Shown: positions 50,101 to 62,100 of the stretch, one piece after another
How the letters are laid out: every line of letters begins with the position of its first letter
How positions within the stretch are numbered: the stretch's first letter is position 1
Assembly (NCBI RefSeq): GCF_964355755.1
Contig: NC_092678.1
Location: forward strand, 11,654,352-11,718,351
Source: Antedon mediterranea
Lineage: Eukaryota > Animalia > Echinodermata
DNA length: 64,000 nucleotides
Reading direction: 5' to 3'
Notes under the pieces: model-generated
Database searches by the model: none
The model's input: only the letters and a program-made list of their open reading frames with translations
What the model was told of the DNA's origin: nothing
Made by a program: the position numbers and the translations under genes

Positions 50101-53100
50101 TTTTACCTTTTCATGATTTGCTTTCCAATAGGAGTAGATCCTGTGAAACCCAATTTACGAATGTCTGGGTGATCAGTCAATGCCTGACCAACAACAGAAC
50201 CTGAAGACAAAAACATATTGATGTTTATTATGTGCAATATTACATTATTACAACAATGGTGTGATGTCATTTGAATGTTCTTAATACACGATGGTCAGTT
50301 AAAAATACTTAACTTTAACTGCACATAAACATGATTATGATTTTAATGTTCCTCCTATCCCAACCACTGATAGTTATTACTTCAACTACAGTAGCCTCGA
50401 AAGAGGTGACAAGTATTAAAATGAATATACAATCAACAATAGGGAGCTTTTGATTTGATGGTATATGAAGCAGATTTTTTTTGTTTTAAACACAAGCGAA
50501 AACTAGGCCACTGACTGCTAATTCAACAGTTTTATATGCATGTGCAGAATGTGTTTTTGTTTGTTGTCCACCATCCACATTGAAAGATTAATGCAATTGC
50601 AGAGTACCATTCAGTACAAATTAAATGTATTCCCTCGTTGTCAACATTCAAAATAGTTTTGTAAGCACAAAGTAAAAACCTGAGAAACTATTTTATGATT
50701 CATTCATAAAGTACATAATATAACCAATTGACTACTTTGCTTCAGTAATAGCTACAAACCAAAAAAAAAAAAAACATGTATTAAAAAAAATACAGTGATC
50801 ATGATTAAGGATAACATGAAATGCTTTAAGGTCTTACTTAAAATAATAATGTATACTAAGTACAGTATATCAATACATAAATGACATTAATACATAAAAT
50901 GTACATTATGCAGCCCATTGACATTCAGGTTTCAACAGAATAATCAACAATACTAAAGGTTATTCACCATGCTACCTTATCAAAGATGCCATATATCATA
51001 CAAGAATATAACATTTTCTTTGATAAACTAAAGACAGTAAAGATTGTCTCTAATAAGTTGAATGACCATCATCAATTTTATAAGTAAACTTTATAACACA
51101 CAAGTAGATTCTTTTCATTTAATTGAAGGATTATGGGTCAAACGATATTCAATAACTTCTCCATTTCGGTATATGTCCATTGAATTTTGTTATATTGCTG
51201 TTACACAATGAGCAACTATTGACTGATCCCCGGTCAAAATTAAACCTGTATTTTACGGCATCTATATTTGCTCTACTCTGCATCCAAAGTTGGAGTTGGT
51301 TTAGGCCTTGTTCAAAGTAGGTGTTAAAACAAAGAATGTTTTATATTCGTGCAATGGAACAAGTAATTACATTCGGTGTTCTATTTTCACCTCTTACCTC
51401 ATAAAATGATTTATTTCATTGCACTCATAGATTCATTATTTGTATAATAAATGTCTAAAATATCAAACTAAGATAAAAATGTTGATTTAACCTTAAAGAT
51501 GTATTGTCCCTTTGAGTAATTCCAAAAAAAAAAAAAAGATTTGGAAAAAAAGTGGGTCATTTTGAAGTATCATAATAGTTATTAACTTTCACCAAAAATT
51601 AGTCAAAAAAAAAAATCATTTAACTGAAATACAGACGTTTTTTGTTCAAATCGCGATATGTTTTGATCGCAAACTTATCTCATAATGCAATGCGCTTGTT
51701 TGGCTACTCTGTATGTATAATCATAAAACTTCCTCGCGATCTGTGTGAAAACACCTTCTCAACCGCGACGAGTTGTAAACAATCCTAATTAGCATCATGC
51801 ATACCCGTGGTATGAAATCTTTGTTTACTTTCGCTCACGACGATTTTTCAGACGAAATGTAATCAAATTAATTTACTTGTTAATTACGTTTAAACTTGTT
51901 GTTTTTGGCTCGAATTTTCGACTTAAAGTGAATAACTTTAATATTACTTTGATATGGCCAATTTAAATTTAGAATATTTTGACCTTCATTTTTTGTGTTT
52001 CAATGGACAATACATCTTTAAAATGACTGGCAGGATAAGAAATGATTTAAATGAGCAGCATAAATAATGAATGGCAGGTGATACGTAATTCACAAATCAA
52101 AGATGGCACGGATATACTCAGACGTGGTGGTATAATACATTTACCTGATCCTGGAAGAATGTTGATTACACCAGGTGGGAATCCAGCCTTAACAACAAGT
52201 TCTGAAAACTTAAGGGCGGTTAGTGGCGTCACTTGGGCTGGTTTTAAAATAACCGTATTACCAGCAGCAATACATGCGGCCATCTTCCAAGCTAACATCA
52301 TTAATGGGTAATTCCATGGTACAACAATACCACACACACTGAAATAAAACAATCATTTTAAAATTTAATGCAAAAACATGATTTTAGTTAATTAAAACCT
52401 GTTAATGTATCAAATTTGTTGTTTTCAATTACAAGGGTCTAGATTTGTCTGTATCTTAGTTTTTAATTTGGTTGATTATATTTGAAAAAAAATATGTTGA
52501 AGTTGATTATATTTCTTATAATAAATTACTAAAAACAAAATTACTTAAACTATAAAGATTCAAATTTTTACAAAGTAATTATTATATAATGTTTTAAATA
52601 TTAAAAACACAAATGAACTAAGGTTAGGTTGTTAAGGTTATGCAAAGTCATCCAACATGAGTGAACAAAGTGGATTTGGGAATAATAAAATTATTCTAGT
52701 AAGCTTTTACTAAAAACAAACATCAATATCATGTTTCAAAATCCACGCACCAGCAACAATATCAACTTTGGATATATTATTTTATTACAAGCTAAGTAAA
52801 AAGCCTTTTTATATAATATGCAAAATAAAATTAATTTACATCTACTACAATAAGAACAATTCATGGATTGCAGAAACTTACACAGTAGACAATCAAGTCA
52901 TTAGCCACGTCGAAACACTACAGGCATTTGGATAAACATTATTCCCGGCGGCTTTCATATGAGACTTTTTATTGCAGGAGAGGCTAACTACAGTGATTTC
53001 TCAGACAATTTTAATCTTACAAATTAACTACTGACCTTTCCAAAGGCAGTTATGATATATTTACTTCAATATATCAAATTAAATTCTAAATTAAAACATT

Positions 53101-56100
53101 ATGTATTAATTCTAAGGCAGGGGCAGACCTTTCCAAAGGCAGTTATGATATATTTACTTCAATATATCAAATTAAATTCTAAATTAAAACATTATGTATT
53201 AATTTTAAGGCAGGGGCAGATCAGGGGAGCAAAATTTAATAACGCATATAACCATTTAAAATGATGATATGCCAATTTGTTTCACATTCATGTAGGCGAA
53301 GACAAATGTTACCACATTTAAATGGTTGCAAAATAACTTACCCTATGGGCTCTCTTCTTGTATATGTCATATTGCGATTGGGTCTTGCATGATTAATTGG
53401 AATGGTTGAGCCCTAAGATAAAGAATAAAATCAGATTCATTTTTAAAAATGTTTTTGCAATTTTAAATTTTAATTTTGTGTGTTTATATTTTACCTCTGT
53501 GTTTTTGATGTATATATATTTAAAATATTTATTTAAAATAATAATGTTCTTTGCCTGATTTGTTTAAAATAATAATAAATAATAAAATAATATTTTATAT
53601 ATTCTACTGGATCTGCTTTTTAATATATATCAAAAATTATTTAGTTTAAATAAAATAAAAGATCTGAAAAACATTATGTCGCAAGAATTGAAGAAGTATT
53701 GGTTTGTAGATATTATGTTTACAAACTATGACTTAATTTGTGAACCATTTGATTTGTCAGTTTTGTCAGCAATTCAACACCAACTTGCGGCAATTTATTG
53801 TTGTCAGAAATACAGATATGTTATAATACCTGTATCTTGTCACACCATCCTGCAAAGTATCTAAATGTGTCAATTGACATTCCAACATGTGTTTTAATGG
53901 CTAACGTATATACTGCTCCCGAATCCATGCTTTCCAATGTGGCTAATTCAGCTTTGTGTTCTTCCATTAAATCAGCCAACCTGTTGACAAGATGCAAAAA
54001 TACTAATAAAAAAATATGTAAAGTGCTTCTTAAAATTCTTGGGGTGAAGCAACCTTTAAGCAACCAAAGAAATGTCACATTAGTTCACGTGACAACAAAT
54101 TGGATCGTAAAAAATTGACTAGAAGTCAATGGGTTTTTGGGTGAATTTAACCGTTTATTTTGTCTTTTTATATAAGTGAAAACTTTACAATATTTAATTT
54201 AATAAATGCCCTGGGCGTTTATTTATTTCCTCCAATAAACGCCCTGCCACATGCACTTTGATACATTTTTTACTGTATTTTATCCCTTCTTGATGTTAAT
54301 TATGTTGTATTTGTTCATCTCTTGGGAGTGTGTATTTGATTCTACAAACAAATAAATGCCTCTCTAAATCCCCTAAAAACCCTCCTGAACAATAAACGCC
54401 CTGGGGTATTTAGTCGAATAAATACCTTTTTTTTTATTTGGAAGTGATTAACATTTATTGTGTCATTTTATAAGTGAAAACATTAATTTTTTCCCAAGTG
54501 TAAAGTAACATTGCTTTTATATTTGGCAATGATTGTTTTACTTTTGGCTACATGGATTCATACTATCTACAGAGTTTCACTAATTGAAATTGACATTATT
54601 TCATAAAATATTTAGTACATATTTTAATTGATTGTATTCTTGCAATTTGATTAGTTAATTATGCATCATGTGTCATTTGTAATAAGCCCTACCCCAAAAA
54701 GGAAAAGTGATATCTAATGGTGATAAATAACACGCTCTAACGCAAGTTCAGCTTTCTCTAAAACATTTTGCGAATTTTGTTGCCTGATTGCCGTCGAGAA
54801 TCTACTAGTTCTACTCCGCATCTAAAGTTGGAGCACTGCTTTTTTAATGGCCTAGAATCTCGGCCTAGCATTCATCGATAAATTGAAAAAATAAGTTAAT
54901 ATTTCATGAGTTGAAAACTTGACTGCTTTATTTTCAACTTTGCTCCAGCTCAATAAAAATATTCTCACCATCCAACTCATAAACATTCATTATTTGAATA
55001 CTGTTGTATTTTTGATGAACACAAACATCACAATAGTAATACTGTACCTGAACATAAGTTTTCCTCTTTCCCTGGCACTCATCTTTCCCCATTCACCTTC
55101 TTCAAATGCAGCCTAGGGGTCAAAGTTTAAAATAAATCATGAATAAATAATTAAATATTAACCTCTTGTTATCTATTTTACACAAATTTTACTAGAATAA
55201 AATCATTTGTATTTGACAATAAAAGTTATTACTTGATAGTATCGGACAAGTCCCTGATACTATCAGGTGTATGGAGAAGAAAACTATATTTTGATATTCT
55301 TGTATTTTGTATAAAACAAATTGGCAGATTAAGGAAAACCTTAGTTACGTATGACAAGAACAATCTCTCTCAAAATTAAACAAATTCCTTTAATTTTGTA
55401 CAGAATAAAGATAACATGTGAACAATGAAATGAATAGTGTCATGATCCAATGCAATAAAAGACCAGACCCTAGGTCAAGCATTTTGCAACAAATATTAGA
55501 GACATGCGTTATGTACAAGGACCAACGACTTACGCCTCCATCAATGAATCAAAAGTAAGTAACACTAAAAATGTATCATTAAAAAAAGCCAGAATTGTTA
55601 TTAACCTTTACTCAAACAATCTACACTAGCACGATTAAGTACCTTTGCAGCAGACACTGCCCGGTTACAATCTGCTGGACTCGCTTTTGCCACTTTGCAG
55701 ATGACTGTCTCATCAGCAGGGTTTATTGTCTCAAATGTGTTGCCACTTTCTGAATCAACAAACTCATTGTTAATGAATAGTTGATTTGGAAATCTTAAGT
55801 GCATATTATTAACATCCATTTCTACCTGCAAAACAGTATTATATATTACTTAAAAAAAACAACATATGTAAACTACATATTAGTTGGCAATAATGGTAAT
55901 TCATATTCTCAAGCAATGAATATTAGTATCAATATTAATTATAAAAATGCTAAATTGGTAAATTATATCTCTTGCTTTAATCTGACTTGCTTCATCTTAT
56001 TTTTAGTTACTACCTATTTCCTATCCTTTCTTTGGCCAATTTGATTTAATTCATTTAATTTTTGATTCAATTTTTTTTTTGTGCATTATTTTATTTTGTT

Positions 56101-59100
56101 TGTCTTTATAAATTCTATTTATTTTAATTAAATGTGTTACTGTTACATGCTTATATCTCATATTGTATTTTTGTGAGGGTCCCTAATGATCAGCTTCAGC
56201 TGGATGGACCTGGTCTAGTGGTAGACACAGTAAATATTTCAGCACTTTTGAAAGTAGTTTGAAAGGAACAGTGTTTTAACTGGTAGAACTCCAGAAGAAA
56301 AACCTGTGCAAACAACACAGATAGCAAAAGGCAGCCTGGCTTACTGCATCGTATGTAAACTCAACAACATCAAGACCTCTATGTCTCCTAATCATCATCT
56401 GTATAAACTCTTCAAATGTTGTAGCCATATAAACATCCTCATTTTGTAGTTCAACTTCACACTTTTCATGCACTTCTTCGACCAATCTATTGGGGGAAAA
56501 ATGCTTCATGAAAACTGAACGCATGCACAAAAACTAGAAATTTCAAACAAACATGACCGACTTAACACAGAATTTTCATTCAATTTTAATCTACTTAGTA
56601 CTGTATTAACATCAAGTATACCTTTAGCCATTCATGAAAAAAATCGTTGAGTCTCATAAAACAATTGTTGAATGTCTTATAAAACAATTGTTGAATGTCT
56701 TATAAAACAATTGTTGAATGTCTTATAAAACAATTGTTGAATGTCTTATAAAACAATTGTTGAATGTCTTATAAAACAATTGTTGACTGTCATAAAACAA
56801 TCATTGACAGTGTCATAAAACAATCGTTGACAGTGTCATAAAACAATCGTTGACAGTGTCATAAAACAATCGTTGAAAGTGTCTCATGAAACAATCGTTG
56901 AAAGTGTCTCATGAAACAATCGTAGAGTGTCTAATGAAACAATCGTTGACAGTGTCTTATGAAACAACCACTGACAGTGTCTTATAAAACAATCGTTGAC
57001 AGTGTCATAAAACAATCGTAGACAGTGTCATAAAACAATCGTGAACAGTGTCTTATAAAACAATTGTTGACAGCTTATAAAACAATTGTTGACAGTGATT
57101 CATAAAACAATCGTTGACAGGGTCTTATAAAACAATCGTTGACAGTGTTTCATGAAACAATCGTTGATAGTGTCATAAAACAATCGTTGACAGTGTCTTA
57201 TAAAACAATCGTTGACAGTGTCTTATAAAACAATCGTTGACAGTGTCATAAAACAATCAGACAGTGTTTCATGAAACAATCGTTGATAGTGTCATAAAAC
57301 AATCATTGATAGTGTCATAAAACAATCATAGACAGTGTCATAAAACAATCATTGACAGTGTTTCATGAAACAATCGTTGATAGTGTCATAAAACAATCGT
57401 TGACAGTGTCATAAAACAATCGTTGACAGTGTTTCATGAAACAATCGTTGACAGTGTCATAAAACAATCGTTGACAGTGTCTAAAAAATACAATCGTTGA
57501 CAGTGTCTTATAAAACAATCATTGACAGTGTCATAAAACAATCGTTGACAGTGTCTTGTAAAACAAACGTTGACAGTGGCTTATAAAACAATCGTAGACA
57601 ATCTCATAAAACACTCTCATGAAGAAATCATTGAAACTATCATGAAACAATAATTTTTTATTAATAAAATATAAATGTGAAACAAGTCATAAAACAAGTT
57701 ACCTAGCAACATCCATTGAGCCAGCACCCATCTTGAAGAAATCTGTATCATTCTCCACTGAACTTGAGAGAATACCAATCCAGATACTCTAAAAACGTTA
57801 TACAGTACAAGCTACTATTAACATATTTCAAGAAAAACATGTTGCTTTTTAATTGAATTTTGCAAATACTGTATTAGGAAACAACATTTTATCCTCAAGT
57901 TGAATGCCTTTATTATTTAATAACATAACCAACCTTGACTTTATCTGCCATTTGTTGTTCTTCATCAGTCAATTCAAGCTTCTCGTGTTCTTCAGGTGCC
58001 TGTCCATACATCTCAGCCTTAATCATTTTACCATCTTCAAGAATCAGTGTTTTGACATTTAACTGTGAAGAGTTATTTATTACTTCTTCAATTCTGCACA
58101 ATACAGAATACACTCTTTATATGTTTTCCTATAACCAAACCTCTTGTTCAATTTCCTAATTTTATCTATTTTATTCCAAAGATCAAAAATAATTTTAAGT
58201 ACATTTCATATTGAAAAATTCAACAAAACAAAAATGTCATTCTTTTTCATCTTGAATTGAATGCAATAGCCATGCTGTACTATGTAGTGTATTGGCTAAC
58301 AAATCAGAGCAATTATAGATGCTGCAATCTATATGTTCAGTTCTAAATATATCTATGGCGATATCAAAAAAAAAAAAACCCTGAACATGGAATTTAACCA
58401 TTAAATTAAATTGTCTTTTCCGTTGAACAGAAATGCATATACTTAGGTGATATACAGTATTCATAATATACTATCAAATATTTTATAAAATCTTGATAGG
58501 CCAAACAATAATACGATCAGTCAACCTGTGACCAATACAATAATCTGTTCTTACCATTTTGTCATCATTGCCGGTTAGAATAAGACCTCCTTTGTGAACT
58601 ATACCAGGTTTACTCATTCCTGCAATTTCCACCTCCTGACCTTTAGGCTTTGCTCCTGTGAACATGCCGGAACCCAAAACTGTCACTTGCTAAAAATTTA
58701 AATAATATGAAAAAAACAAGAATGATAAGCAAGGAATAAAACAGAGTAGCTGAGCCACAGGTTCAATAATAGTTTTAGTGGTAGAACAAGTAGTCTTGTC
58801 AAACAGTACACGGTACACATCAGGCTTGTGTGCACATCAGGCTTGTGTGCACATCGGGCTTGTGTGCACATCAGGCTTGTGTGCACATCAGGCTTGTGTG
58901 CACATCGGGCTTGTGTGCACTTTAAAGTTTAACCCAGTGCATGTTTCAGGAGAGTAGAGGCTACCCCAGTGTACTGAACAGACAAATGAGTGGTATTTGG
59001 TGATAGCAGGTGAAATGATAATAACTTCTAATCCACTTTACTTTGAGACAGTTGAACTGAGCTGAACTTTTATTGTATCTCTTTTAAATCAGAGGCACAC

Positions 59101-62100
59101 TTTCAATAAGATGTGCAACCCGTTTACAGTGAATATTAAGAAAAAAAAATTACAAAATGTAAACTGAGAATGATTAAAAACTAAGAAATGTACAAATTAA
59201 GTTTGAGAAGGAATTGTATTATATATATCATGTCATGTGTTCCATTGAATGACGAAAGGTTATATATCAACTCGGCGTTGCCTCGTTGATATATAACCTT
59301 TCATCATTCACCTCATGCCATTATTTGTACCATTACACGAATATAAAACATTCATTATTTTTATATTATCATCTATATATAAATTTACATAAGGGCATAA
59401 ACCATGCGATACTTCTAGAAATTTTACTCGATGATTGATTCATACTTTCGGTACTGATTTTAAACACCAAATTTTGGGTTAGATAATTCAATATTGATAA
59501 TTAAAATTGTGATCGTGGCATACACTGTCTAATGGACATGCTGAAAAATACCTGCACACAATTATACGAAGATGCTTCGCATATTTACCTATCTATATTA
59601 TTAGCAGTACTCAACTAAGCATCATTGTGTACATTTGAAAATCGCCATATTTTTTACGATAAAATTACTGTGTATTCGAGAACCATCTGTGGGCACAACC
59701 ATCTAGTCTTTTCAATTATGCTTCTTTTCAATGTGGTATTATTATATTTTTGTGTAATAATAATAATGTAAACTGTAAACAACAGAACCATTAGCACCAT
59801 ATTTGATTTGGTATATTAATGCATATAATATTCATCTATAATTATATTTTGAAAATGTTGAGAAATGAAACAGATTTCAGTTCGCTAGGCACAGTATATT
59901 CAACCTTTAAAGATACTTCTCTAAAACCTTTAACCGATTCACCACGATAAGCGCTTAAAGCGCTCATGAGGTTAAAAGTCAAGGTCATTGTAAACAAATT
60001 ATCAACAACAAAAAAGTAAATCGAATTTACATGCGCAGTTTGCTGTGCATGAATCGTGACAACAAATTATACAAAATACTCAACTTTTTAAAAAAAAATA
60101 TGCTTCTAAATATATAAAAACAATTGTTGAAGTTAGTTTGAAAATAAAATTCGAAAATATAACCGTTTTTCGAAGCACGCTGTTCGAAACGCGACAGGCG
60201 CGTTGAATGAATCTAGGCCTAAACATACAACGTAAAATTGTCTAAAATCCATCTTTATTTCTAATAATCACTATTTTGAAGCTTGTATACAATATAAAAT
60301 GTATAATAAATAAAGATTATGTATCAGTTACAGTGTCTAAATCGTCATATTTCCATGTAAAAATGTGATTTTTCTACCGGAGAAAAGTCGTGAAGATGTC
60401 CTCACGAGGGCCGCGCCATATTGTTTACCTTTGATTGTAATATGAACCCTGACATGTCAGATGCATTATGGGCATGAAATATTTGTTCAAACTCTGCGCA
60501 AAGGTCAGTTTATTGAAGCATAACTTTTGACAAACATTTTGATACCAAACTTGTTTTAATTTCATAAGTTTTCAACGCATTTCCGTCAAATTTTCTGCAA
60601 GCTACACGTCTAAAACAGCGGACTAAGCTCCCGAGAGATGCCGGTGCGCGTGAGAATCGCGAATTCCAAGTCGCTTTCGGGATGTTTTTTTTAACATTCC
60701 CGGTGAACAAACAGCGGCGACGACACTCTCGGGGCGGCTCCCGATAGGCCTAGGCCCCATATGGTCATCGTCGGATGACACAGTCTACTAATTTCTTCAT
60801 TATTTCGAAACCGGTCATTCATAATGGTCAAGTTTGGTCTTATTTTGAAGAGAAGAAATAGGTTCTGATGAAGAGATGAGTTTTATTATGAAATATTTAT
60901 TATTTTTTGTGCATTTGGTAGTCAAATATAAATTACAAATTTTTAATAATTTTCCTAAAATATTTATAAAATTTGCATAATCCATACTCCGCCAAAATAA
61001 GTTGTCACACAAATTTGATAAAATATTTGAAAATAAAATGTCCTTTGCATTATATTTCTTTTTTAATTTTTTTAATGTCTATGTTTAGAAAAAAATTTAG
61101 GGTTAATTATGTGACATATGCTTTTGGGTCCCAGGGGAGCAAAATAAACTTGGGGGTTAATACAGATTATTATTCAGTTTAATCAATTTACCTGTGCATC
61201 TATTGTAGTCCATGCTCCTGGTAGTTTGTCATTACCTCTAATAAAGTTATGAAGTACTTCTGTTGGTTGATCCCAATTTATCTGCAAAAATATGGTTTAT
61301 ATTATTGATCAAATTTATGGTTTCATTTAAATGGTACGGACCGGCACATTCATTCACTTGTCTAATTTAAATTCTGCTTTATTTTTCAAAATTGTCTTAA
61401 GTCAGCCACAATCATGGCCCGCAGCATTATTAGTAAATTACAATATCTGGCCCATGGTAGAAAACTGTGGAGAATTCCTGCTTCTGTACTTATCACTTGT
61501 TTATAAAATAATAATCAGTCACAGACTCATTGATATAAAACAACAATTAACAAAAAAAAAAAAAAAATATATACTATTATAACAGTCCTTTTCAACTTAT
61601 CTGATTTTAGTTTTCTTTACTATGCTTGTTCAATGTTACCAAGTTGTGATTGTTTACAGAGAACATTAGACAATATCATTCAGTTCAATGTTACCATGTT
61701 GTGATTGTTTACAGAGAACATTAGACAATATCATTTAGTTTAATGTTACCAAGTTGTGATTGTTTACAGAGAACATTAGACAATATCATTCAGTTTAATG
61801 TTACCAAGTTGTGATTGTTTACAGAGAACATTAGACAATATCATTCAGTTTAATTTACCTTTGCAAGTTCTTTCTTCCTCCATAACTTATCATATGTAGC
61901 GCCCTCCTCAGGTTGTACAATTTTAGGAGCTTCGTTCTCGGAGATCAAGTCCACAGCTTCACCCTGCAAAATAGCATACATCAAAAAAATAAAACACTAT
62001 GTCAAAATTGATTACTATTTTTGATACTATTAATAATAAGTTAAAGCAGGAGGCCAAACTAGAACGGGATATGACCGGTTGGGCCGCCGACAAGTTGAGC

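Noticed and set aside
52051-54118. Plus-strand ORFs 52051-52311 and 53798-54118 (also 8026-8259, 57935-58159, 63264-63612)
   Set aside because: They are antisense shadows of real minus-strand exons.
59930-61160. Possible piggyBac-like element with a CpG-rich core (TTAACC...GGTTAA)
   Set aside because: The two ends do not form a convincing TIR beyond TTAACC; probably TE-derived, but boundaries are unsupported.
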